From contig OZ024746.1 in NCBI GenBank assembly GCA_964016885.1, positions 91,264,082 to 91,328,000 on the forward strand: a stretch of DNA of 63,919 nucleotides, written 5' to 3'. A model generated the notes under the pieces. That model was not told where the DNA came from and did not search any database. It was given only the letters and a program-made list of their open reading frames with translations. This document shows, piece by piece, positions 36,901-48,472 of the stretch. The position numbers and the translations under genes were made by a program. The stretch is from Eledone cirrhosa. Lineage: Eukaryota. Within the stretch, counting starts at the first letter, position 1; each line of letters begins with the position of its first letter.

Positions 36901-38193
36901 TAATAATGTTTTATATCTCAGTTTGAAGGTGTGTATAACACTGCTAAGACACCTGTTAATAAAAACCTTGTGATGTGTTCAGTGTTCACTTATCTGTAAT
37001 ATTAGCTCTACATACATGAATCATGTACGTGCTGCACAACAGGAGATAAGATTATCATAGCAAACGGTGTATTGCTTGTGAGAAATCCTCAACACAGTGG
37101 CTGCTCTCTCTCAGTTGGAACTAATGCATCATTTCATTTGTGATTTCCTGCACAACCTGCTTCTGCTGCTATCATACAATCAAAAGCACAAATTCCCTTA
37201 TTTCAGTCTTGAATATTAAATGAAACGACGGCTATTATTGAATTTAGGTTAAAGGGAAGAAGATTGGAGAGATTTCTTACTCTCTAACTTTCTCTCTCCC
37301 CCTCTCCCTTTCCTTCCTCTTTTCCTCTCCCCCCTCTCCCTTTCCCCCCTCTCTCCTCCTCTCTGTCTCACTCGATCTCCCCCTCCTCTCTTTAAATGTT
37401 GAGAACACCATAACTCTTTAGCAAATGTCATTCTTCTCCCTTTTCCTCTCCTCTCCTCCCCCTCTTCCTCACACATTCTCTTTAAAAAAGATGTCATTCC
37501 TTCTCCTATTTGCTGATGATTTAAATAAATATAAAGTCCATATGTTACACCTAAGGAACAACACATTTTAACACTATTGATTTCCTTGGCTTGGAATTAT
37601 TGCCGTTATTTTCAGAGAAAGTTCACTTCTATTTCTACCTCACTTTGAATTAACTGTCAATATTAGATAATAGCAGTTTTAGCACTCATGTATGTAGGAT
37701 TTATTCCATAGTGGAGTAGGAGAATTGACAGAATCAACAAAAAAAGCATGTATTTGTTCAAATACTTTCACAACACCGAGTTATTTTGCTTCTTGAGTTC
37801 AAATCCTGCCAGGGTTGACTATCTTTTCATTTTATTTATTATTTGGAGTGAATTCCTTGACTGAGGAAAAAAGAAATCTTGTGCTTGGTGAAAAAACACA
37901 AATCAATATTTCCTTTTAGGTAGATCAATAGCATGTTTGTCACATTCTTTCCCGTTTACTTTTCATTTGTTGTTTTAAATGAATGTTTTTATCCTTATAA
38001 GCATGGGTAATGTTTCTTTCAAGAGCAATTGCCTTTAAAACTGGATACCCTTCATACTGCTAACCAGGAAATAAACCCTGTTATATATCTTTGAAGACAG
38101 CAGTGTGATATATCTTTGAAGACAGCAGTGTGTCATGTCCAATAATGGCTGCAGTATTAGTTTTAGTGCTACTAGTACATAGTACTCTCTCTC

Positions 38194-38225
<32 letters not shown>

Positions 38226-38228
<3 letters not shown>

Positions 38229-38830
38229 TCATCATTTTACGTTCACTTTTCCCTGCTTGCAAGGGTGGAACGGGAACTGATTCTAGCTTCATTTCTACAG
38301 CTGGATACCCTTCCTAACACCAACCTCATTTACAGTGAGTGCTGGGTGCTTTTTTGCCATGGCACCTGCATGACCACTTTGCAGTGGATTGATAGGGACC
38401 CCAGTCCCTATCATCTCATTTCTAGAAATGAGATGATAGGGACTGGGGTCCCTATCATTCCACTGCAAAGTGGTTGTGGAGATGCCACGGCAAAAAAGCA
38501 CCCAGCCCATACTGTAAAGTGGTCGTAAAGGTGCCACGGCAAAATAGCACCCAGCCCACACTGTAAAGTGGACGTGGAGGTGCCACGGCAAAATAGCACC
38601 CAGCCCACACTGTAAAGTGGACGTGGAGGTGCCACGGAAAAAAAGCACCCAGCACTCACTGTAAATGAGGTTGGTGTTAGGAAGGGCATCCAGCTGTAGA
38701 AATCAAGCCAGAATCACTTCCTGTATGAGCAAGACAAGGTCAGCCGACTGGACACTGCCCACAACAGGACATCCCGTCTAACCCATGCTAGCGTGGAAGA
38801 ACAGACGTAAAACGGTGATGATGATGATGA
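38226..38830. mobile_element. inverted (head-to-head) pair of CORE-type SINE bodies
   Basis: Dyad axis at TTCT|AGAA (38423/38424); both arms end in (GAT)n RTE-type tails. Confidence 0.8.
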
Positions 38831-38864
38831 TATATGTATATATACATATATATAATATTAATAT

Positions 38865-39040
38865 ATAATTGTTTCTACTTTTTGGCACAAGGCCAGCATA
38901 TACCCAGTACATTACTGGTACTTTATTTTATCGACCCCGTAAGGATGAAAGGCAAAGTTAACCTCGACGGGATTTGAACTCAGACCGTAAAGGGACGTAA
39001 CTATGCTAGAAAGTATGGCGTCCAACCCTCTACCAATAGT
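38865..39040 (-). mobile_element. SINE family A copy
   Basis: Reverse complement of the consensus. Confidence 0.88.
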
Positions 39041-39086
39041 GATAATGGAACAAAGAATCAGTGTTGCATCATATACATATTTAATT

Positions 39087-39181
39087 ACATATTACATATG
39101 TTTCACTGTCGATCAGCTCAAGGGTTAATCGACTAATGATCAAACATGACTCTAGAATCGGCGGAAGCTCCTCAGATATGT
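39087..39181 (-). ncRNA. minimal type-I hammerhead ribozyme, core apparently intact
   Basis: Minus strand: ACAUAU-CUGAGGA-GCU...AGU-GAAA-CAUAUG-UA-AUAUGU; 6-bp stem I, palindromic stem III, GUA cleavage triplet. Confidence 0.75.
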
Positions 39182-39959
39182 TTTAACATGTAGACTCATG
39201 TCTGAGAGTGCTCATTAAATATGAATGGTAATTAAATATGTATATGATTCAATGCTGATTCTTTGTTTCCTTATAAATATTATTGATATTCTGCTCCCTA
39301 AGAGCATCGAGGGCTCATTCGGCATACCGCCTATGGACACAATTAACTTGCACCTTAACACCTCTCTCACTCTCTCTCTCTCTCTCTCACTCTCTCTCCC
39401 CCTCTCTCTCTCTCCCCCTCTCTCTCTCCCTCTTTCTCTCTCCCTCTCTCTCTCTCCCTCTCTCTCTCTCCCTCTGCCTCCCCTCTCTCCATCTCTCTCT
39501 CCCTCTCTCTCTCTCTCTACCCCCTCCCTCTCCCCCATCTCTCCCCTGCATCCCCCTCTCTACCCCTCCCCCGTCTCTCTACCCCCTCTACCCCTCTATA
39601 ATATATAAGATCCCAGTAATACAGAAGACCCCCCCCCTCCCATGGGCAAGGGTTGAAACATACAGCTCGTATGCACCGCCTTCCCCTACCTTCCCTTCCT
39701 TTCCCCTCCCAGACACCACCCATGTCCTAACACCCCACTCTTCATCAGATAAGTCCCCCAGCCCACACTGTAAACGTAATTGGTGTTAGGAAGGGCATCC
39801 AGCCGTAGAAAACCATCCAAAAAGTCTACGAGTATGACATGGTCACCTGACTCAACTTGTCTCAAATGGGACAAACCCATGTTAGCGTGGAAAATAGGCG
39901 TTAAACGATGATGATGATATATACACACATATGTATGTGTGTATATATATATATATATA

Positions 39960-40975
39960 TCATCATCATCATCGTTTAACGTCTATCTTCCACGCTAGCA
40001 TGGTTTAGACGGGAATTTGTCCTACTTGAGGCAAGATTGGTCGGGAGACCATGTCTCGCTCGTATAGGGCTGTCTGGCAGGTTTTCTACGGCTGGATGCC
40101 TTTCCTAACGCCAGCCACATTTACAGTGTGAACTGGGAGGTTTTTACCATGTTACCTACATGGCCACATTACAGCGTGGACTGTGTGTTTTTTTGTTGCG
40201 ACACCTACACAACCTCATTTATTTTCGACTGGTTGTTGTGGTACCAACATAACTTTACAGAGAAAGGTTGGTGGGAGTGGGGGGTAGGGGTAGTGGGATG
40301 GGGTATATATTTGGTTAAGAGGTGCCTACTGACTAGGTTTTGCTTTGTACATAGGCAAGGCGGGTCTTCTGTATTACTGCATAGTGCCAAAGATCTCGGT
40401 CCAGAGACATTGTCTTAGAGAGGTAGGTGCAAGTGTGTGAGGTCGGAATTTATCAAATTGTCCCAGGTTTTTCTGGGTCAACCTACTCTGTAACTTCCCT
40501 CAATTTTGATCGCCCTGCACTTTTTTATACAGCTGTCGTCTTTCATGAGCATCATGTGACCATACCAACGTAGTCTTCTCTCGAGTAAACAGCATCTGAT
40601 CCCTCTTATTCCTAATTTCTCACTTAGTTTATTTATGCTTTGCCATTCACGTATATTACTATTACACATCCAACGGAGCATGCATGCTTCCTTCCTCCCC
40701 AGTCTGCGCAGATCCTCTGCACACAATGCCCATGTCTCACTGCCATAGCTGTTCGTATGCAGGCATCATACAGCCTGCCTTTCATTTTTAGTGAGAACCC
40801 TTTAGCGGCCAATAGTGGTATAAGCTCTCTGAACTTTTTCCATCCCGTTCTGACTCTGGCTACTGTAATTTCAGAGCACCCTCCACCACTGCTGATTTCG
40901 TCACCCAGGTAATGGAAAGTGTCCACTATTTCTATAGAACCATCTGGGCAATAGAAGGAGCTAGCATCCTGTGGC
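39960..40975 (-). mobile_element. RTE-clade LINE 3' fragment with long 3'UTR
   Basis: FHYLGDEISSGGGCSE..ARVRTGWKKFREL..KGRLYDACIR; LRWMC..ERRLRWYGH; (GAT)n tail. Confidence 0.9.
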
Positions 40976-41009
40976 TACTTGCTACTTATATATATATATA
41001 TATATATAT

Positions 41010-41735
41010 TCGAGAGAAGGCTACGTTGGTATGGTCACGTGATGCGCATGAAAGACGACAGCTGTATAACAAAGTGCAGGGCAATAAAGATAGATGGTAA
41101 CCACGGAGTAGGCAGACCCAGAAAAACCTGGGACGAGCTGATAAATTCCGACCTCACACACTTACACCTCTCCAAGACAATGTCACTGGACCGAGACCTT
41201 TGGCGGTACTCAGTAACAGAGAAGACCCGCCTTACCTAAATACAAAGTAAAACCTACTACAGTCAGTAGGCATCTCTAACAAAATACACCCCCGTCCCAC
41301 CACCCCCACCCCATCCACACCGCCCCTTTCAATGTAAAGTTATGTTGGTGCCACAACATCCAGGCCGAAACAAATGAGATCGTGTAGGTGTCACGACAAA
41401 AAAACACACAGTCCACGCTGTAATGTGGCCGTGTAGGCAACACGGTAAAAACCTCCCAGCCCCACACTGTAAATGTGGTTGGTGTTAGGAAGGGCATCCA
41501 GCTGTAGAAAACCCGCCAGACAGTCCACGCTGTAATGTGGCCGTGTAGGCAACACGGTAAAAACCTCCCAGACCCACACTGTAAATGTGGTTGGTGTTAG
41601 GAAGGGCATCCAACTGTAGAAAACCTGCCAGATAGTCCTATGCGAGCAAGACAATCACTCTTGCCTCAAGTGGGAAAACTCCCGTCCAAACCCATGCAAG
41701 CGTGGAACATGGACGTTAAACGATGATGATGATGA
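41010..41735 (+). mobile_element. RTE-clade LINE 3' fragment, same family, opposite orientation
   Basis: ERRLRWYGHVMRMKDD..GRPRKTWDELI..DRDLWR plus the same 3'UTR and tail. Confidence 0.9.
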
Positions 41736-41751
41736 GGAAGAGGATGAGGAT

Positions 41752-41819
41752 ATGGATGGATGGATGGATGGATGGATGGATGGATGGATGGATATACACA
41801 CACACACATATATATATAT

Positions 41820-41870
<51 letters not shown>

Positions 41871-41897
41871 TATATATATACACACACACATATATAT

Positions 41898-41942
<45 letters not shown>

Positions 41943-41979
41943 TATATATATATATATACACACACATATATATATATAT

Positions 41980-42056
<77 letters not shown>

Positions 42057-42646
42057 TATATATATATACACACACATATATATATATATACACACACATA
42101 TATATATATATATACACACACAAAAGAAAGGAGCTGATTATCAGATTGTATAAAGGAAACAAGAAGCAATGTGAAACAAAGTATTGTTTGTGCTTAACCT
42201 TCAGGACACTGGGCGACACATCGGCCATATCATAATCTCCCCTTAATAGAGAATGCAGTGTCAAGGGAAACAACTCATATAAATTAACAGCATGCTAAAG
42301 GTTAAGAACTGCAAAGCCTGGGCCAGGAATTGAACCTACCACCTTACAATTATGGCTCTAACTCCTACAAAGGTGTCTTTACTAAAATATATGTCTCCAA
42401 CTATTCTTGGTATTGTTTCTACACTGCACATAGGAAGAAAACTGGGATACTTCATATTATAAACGTATCTATTTATATATATGTATATATGTGTATGTGT
42501 ATATGAGAATATATATGTGTTTGTGTATATATGTGTGTATATAAGAATATACATGTATATATGTGTTTCGGAGTGGATGTATATATGAGAATATACATGT
42601 ATATACGTGTTTGTGTTTACATGTATATTGTATGTATGCATATATA

Positions 42647-42716
<70 letters not shown>

Positions 42717-42727
42717 AGGAGGCATAT

Positions 42728-42772
<45 letters not shown>

Positions 42773-43591
42773 TAAGGAGGCATATATACATATATATATA
42801 TATATATATACATGTATATATATATATATACACACATAAGGAGGCATATATACATACATATATATATATATATACATGTTTATATATATATATACACACA
42901 TAAGGAGGCACATATATATATATATACATGTATATATATATATACACACATAAGGAGGCATATATATATATATACACATAAGGAGGCATATATACATATA
43001 TATATATATATATATACACATACACATACATATATATGTTACAAGTTCCATGAGGTCAAATTTTAAATTATACATTTCTTGTTCCTTTTGTAGCATTTGT
43101 GTAACTATAGCAACAGTATTTCAAACATGAAAGTAAAAAGCAAGTTTTTAAGTTTAAGCTTTTGTGTAACTGGGGGATTATTCATTTAGCTGCAGCCCTT
43201 CCTCTGCCCATCCCCTTCTGTTTCCCTCTCTCGCTGGTAGCTATATTGGAAAGAAGAGGAATCATCAATGGAGAGATATGTAATCATTGCAAGAATTCTT
43301 TCAATAGCATCAACTTCTGCTATAATTAAATTTACTGCTCCTGGAAGTAACCAAGATAAGTAAGATAGGATAGGGACTCCCTCATTTGCCATACATATAT
43401 ATATATGGATGGATTTAGATTTATGTGTATGTCTGTGTGTATGTGTAAATATACATATATGTATACACATATACACATACATATACATATACATACACAT
43501 GCACCCTTCCCCATATATATATATATGGCAATGATGATATATATATATATATATATATATATGATGATATACATATATATATATGTGTGTT

Positions 43592-43629
<38 letters not shown>

Positions 43630-44079
43630 CGTGTATATATATAAATGTATATATATCTGTGTGTGTATATATATATAAATGTATATATATATATGTCTGT
43701 GTGTATATATATATATATAAATGTATATATATGTGTGTGTATATATATATAAATGTATATATATATATATGTATGTGTGTGTATATATATATATAAATGT
43801 ATATATATATGTATGTGTGTGTATATATATATAAATGTGTATATATATAGTGTGTGTGTATATATATATAAATATATATCTATATATGTGTGTGTATATA
43901 TATATATATAAACGTATATATATATAAATATATATATATATGTGTATGTATATAAATGAATATATATATGTGTGTATATATATAAATGTATATATATATA
44001 TATATATAATGTGTGTGTGTGTGTATATAAGTAAATGTATATATATATATATGTGTGTGTGTGTGTATATATGTAAATG

Positions 44080-44110
<31 letters not shown>

Positions 44111-44325
44111 ATATTTATATATAAATGTATATATACATATGTGTGTATATATATATTTATATATATATAAATGTATATATATATGTGTGTGTGTATATAT
44201 ATAGATGTATATATATATATAGATGTATATATATATATTTATATATATATAAATTATATATATATAAATGTATATATATGTGTGTGTGTGTATATATATA
44301 TAGATGTATATATATATATAGATGT

Positions 44326-44364
<39 letters not shown>

Positions 44365-44411
44365 ATGTGTATGTGTGTGTATATATGTGTTAGGTAATTA
44401 TGAAGGAAAAG

Positions 44412-44474
<63 letters not shown>

Positions 44475-44521
44475 ATGTGTATGTGTGTGTATATATGTGT
44501 TAGGTAATTCTGAAGGAAAAG

Positions 44522-44589
<68 letters not shown>

Positions 44590-44590
44590 A
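41752..44590. repeat. extended (TGGA)n/(TA)n/(CA)n microsatellite field
   Basis: Mostly TA/CA/TG tracts, with short unique islands and a CATAAGGAGGCA motif repeated 6 times at about 42710-42990. Confidence 0.9.
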
Positions 44591-45576
44591 TATGAACTTT
44601 ATTGGTTTGACAACCTGAAATTCACCATTATGCTCATCAGAAGCATCTTCTAGAAGCATCACTTATGATTTATCGTGCCAGTTGTGAGTTCATAATATTA
44701 CTTTGCCAGACTACTTTTTAATGATTCTTATAGACATATCATCTTACTGATGATTGTTGTTGTTGTTGTTGTTGTTATACATGTGTGTATGTGTATATGT
44801 GGGCACACATCAATATATATGAATGTTTCTTATAAACAGATATGATAGTATTGATGTTGGTGATGATTATATGATAATGTATATATTAATATATATATAT
44901 TATATATGGTATATATATATATTTATGATAAAATATATATATATATATATATAAATATATACATGTATTAGATATAGACAGATGTTTGTGGGCAGCAGAC
45001 ATCAATCTATCAGAGATTCTCTAGCTTATTACAGTTACCTCTATAGAATATTCTTTTTAAGTTATATTTAGTTAATCGTGATTATTATAATCAGGAATTA
45101 TTATTATGTTTTTCGTCTTCTAACCTCATAAACTGCCATATCTTTTAAATATATTTTCTTTCTGGTATCATCTTTGATAAAGTCTCGTCTGTAATTCATA
45201 CTTCAGCTACTAATCTCGTGACTTTGTTGGTTTGTTGGCTTTATTTCGAAAAAACATAAAATTTAAAAGAAAACAAATCTTTGAATAAATAACTAAATTA
45301 ATATTTGGGATAAAGGTTTATTCAAATTTTAAGATTTTAAAAATAAAATGTTAAACAGTATATCAATTTTTCATATTTTCTTTTTGTGTCTTTTCTTTCT
45401 AACAAGTGAAAGAATTGTTTCTTCTGAAATGTCCATCTTTTATTTTCTAGTTAATTCTAAAAGTATCTCTCTTTTATCCAAGTCTAAACATCTTTGATTA
45501 TTTTAGTTATTAGAACTGTGGCCATGCTGGGGCACTGCCTTCATTTAATCATCACTATTTTTTAGTCTGCTGTCTA

Positions 45577-45976
45577 CGAGGGCAATCCCAAAAGTAAGGC
45601 CTCCAAAGCGATGGGGACGCAGAGAAACAGTTTGTACGGCTGTTGGCAACACTGTTGTGATTGGTGCTTCCTTCACTCCCAAACAAGCATGCGTGCGCTT
45701 CTCTGGGATGCTCAATCTTGGCTTGGCAGCCGTTGAGAATGGAGCTCCCATTGAACGCTACCACCAAGTGCGAAGTTCGCGCAGTTATTCGGTTTTTGAA
45801 CGCAAAAGGCGTTGAACTGATTGAAATTCATTGCCAATTGACAGAAGTCTGTGGACAGTCGTGCATGGATGTCAAAAACGTTCGCAAGTGGTGTAGAGAG
45901 TTTACAGCCGGTCGTACTGAAATTCACGACGAACAAAGGAGCAGGAGACCGTCAATTTCCAACAAGACAGTCGCAA
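45577..45976 (+). pseudogene. mariner transposon 5' end with truncated transposase (HTH domains)
   Basis: TA|CGAGGGCAATCCCAAAAGTAAGG terminus; ATG at 45739: MELPL..KCEVRAVIRFLNAKG..EIHCQLTEVCG..VRKWCREFTAGRTEIHDEQRSRRPS; catalytic DDD domain absent. Confidence 0.9.
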
Positions 45977-46131
45977 TTTTTCCGTTAAAATCCTGTGGAT
46001 GGTGCTTCAGGAAACCTCAGGAACCAAAATTCAGAGAGCATCCAGAGTGATCCGCCGATCTTTATGCATGTTTTCCTCAACCTTTGCGACTGTCTCATAT
46101 TTCATTGATTCCTTTTCTTGTTGAACCATTA

Positions 46132-46320
46132 CAAGGGTTGGCTGAGAAGTTCATAGGCTGACCAAGATACTCTCCTGGAATGACCAAATGAGGTTTATTT
46201 TTCAACATAGTCCCTGAAAAGAAACAATGTAGTTATTAATAAGAAGACTTGAAATTAAAGCATGCAATATTTCACAGCTCTAGCATCACTCCTTCATAGT
46301 CAACCTGTGTACTTTTCAGT
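46132..46320 (-). mobile_element. mariner-like MITE (right end truncated)
   Basis: TA|CAAGGGTTGGCTGAGAAGTTCATAGGCTGAC; homolog of 13999-14193. Confidence 0.8.
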
Positions 46321-46529
46321 CTACATTAGTTACAGCACACACACAAATCACACACACACAGAAACTCTCTCACACATACATACAAACTCACACACACACA
46401 CAAATTCACACACTCACACACACGCATAAACTCACACACACAAACTCACACACACAAGTATTGTTCTTAAGATGCCAAGCTTGGGCCAGTCTTCAACTGT
46501 TTCTATCTAGCTTGCAAGGCTTTGGTTAA

Positions 46530-46821
46530 CCCTTTAATGTTCAAACCAGCCAAAACCGGCCAGAATTCTCTACCTCTTTCTGTTGAAACTGGCTGTAACT
46601 GGTCGCTCAAACTGATGTTAAGGTATTGTTCTCAAAATAAATACTTTCAAAATCTCATAGATTCGATATTATGTGAGATAACTATGTGAAGTAAAGCCTT
46701 TACCATGAAAATATAATAGTATATATAGAGTAATGTAAATGTTATGTGAGATATTATGTGAGGTAAAGCCTTTACCATGAAAATAAAATAGTATATATAG
46801 AGTAATGTGAATGCTAAAGGG
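46530..46821 (-). mobile_element. MITE family C (2 internal units) inserted in a CORE-type SINE remnant
   Basis: TTAA at 46526-46529 and 46822-46825. Confidence 0.88.
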
Positions 46822-46989
46822 TTAAGTTGAGAATAAAGGGTTGCCCAAGGTGCTGCACAGTGGGTCTGAACCCAAAGCCATGTGGTTGCAAAGTGAACAC
46901 CCTAACTACACAGCCATGCCTATCAACATTCTCAAACCCTTTTGTATTTTCTCGGTTATGATATATTTTGGGGTCATCTTTTAAAGGTT

Positions 46990-47370
46990 AATAATAATTG
47001 TTTCTACTTTTGACACAAGGCCAGAAATTACACCAGTGCATTACTGGTACTTTATTTTATCGACCCCGTAAGGATGAAAGACAAAGTTAACCTCGACAGG
47101 ATTTAAACTCAGAAACTAAAGGGCCATAACTCTATGCTGCAAAGCATGGCGTCTGATGCTCTACCGATACTGCGAATCCACCGCCCTAATAATAATAATA
47201 ATAATTGTTTCTACTTTTGGCACAAGGCCAGCAATTATCCCAGTGCATTACTGGTACTTTATTTTATCGACCCCCGTAAGGATGAAAGACAAAGTTAACC
47301 TCGGCGGGATTTGAACTCAGACCATAAAGGGCCGTAACTCTTTGCTGCAAAGTATGGCATCCGACCCTAT
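46990..47370 (-). mobile_element. two tandem SINE family A copies
   Basis: About 46990-47187 and 47200-47370, joined by (AAT)n. Confidence 0.88.
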
Positions 47371-47663
47371 AAAAATAATGTTATCATTCACTAGAATATA
47401 GAATTAAATCTTGAGAAGTCGGTGGATGAGTTAAGCGAAACTGTTAGTGATGCCACTATCATTAAAGCACGGAACATGAGAAGAATGGTTGATATCGAAG
47501 TAGAAACTCTGTGCAGCTGTCAGCTCGAACAAAATATAGAAATATTAACACAAATATTTTTAAAAAGAACTAATAAATGATAATAATCAGTGTAGGTCTT
47601 GTGTTGGTTTAGAAGTTTATGTAATGAAATTTAGCTGACAGAAACTGTATGGAAGCCTGTCAA

Positions 47664-47705
<42 letters not shown>

Positions 47706-48258
47706 TTATTAAAATAACAGATTTGATATATATTTATCCTTATCGAGTCCTCTTTGGATTTTAGTCTTCAAATTTATTATTATTACTATATATATATTAA
47801 AAAAACCAAAAAAAACCCCCTAAACAAACCCCTTTTAAAGGGAGACTACTCTTTATCCACCTAATTTTAACTCTTTGACATTAGAGATAGAACAGATACT
47901 CTATACTATTTCCTGTCAGCATGGCTTGGCAAGATATTTAGAACGCTGGTTTGAGACCTTTATTTCCCTCAGAAGAAGAGATATTATCTCGAAAATTAAG
48001 GACATTTAAATAAATCTAAGGTAAAGGACGAATTGTCAACAATATCTTTTACAATTGCATTCTTTTTTCTATGTCCATACCTGCATTGTTTTGGCTTTAT
48101 TACACATATTCAAACATTTATACCTCATTACACAATGCTTCAAGTGAACTATAACCTCCTCCATATATATATATATATGTGTATATATAATCGAGGTTTA
48201 GCAAATAAGAAAAAGTTTTAAAATAAATTTTAAAAAATTCACTGTACTTACTATGGTT

Positions 48259-48344
48259 ACCTTTACCGAACGGTTTTGAGTCTCAAAAATAAATGGATAG
48301 TCCTTGCGGGCCTCCATTGAAAAGATAAACTCTCGTCAGAAGGT
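48259..48344 (-). ncRNA. type-I hammerhead ribozyme with a single core substitution (G12A)
   Basis: Minus strand: ACCUU-CUGACGA-GAGU...ACUC-AAAA-CCG UU CGG-UA-AAGGU. Confidence 0.7.
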
Positions 48345-48472
48345 TCTTTTCACTCGGAGAATATAAAATTCCCGAGTTCGAATTACGAACTGGTGCTATT
48401 CAAAATTGTTCCCGAGATGAGAATGAATGATGTGGAAGCAATTCTGTCCAGTGCTGTGTGCAATACATGTAT

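Noticed and set aside
36960-37250. Unique non-repeat islands (also about 20720-20900 and 52080-52370) as possible conserved non-coding elements
   Set aside because: Cannot be supported without cross-species alignment
43186-43392. Unique-looking ORF segment [22 protein letters not shown]..
   Set aside because: No recognisable domain or convincing splice sites; embedded in microsatellites
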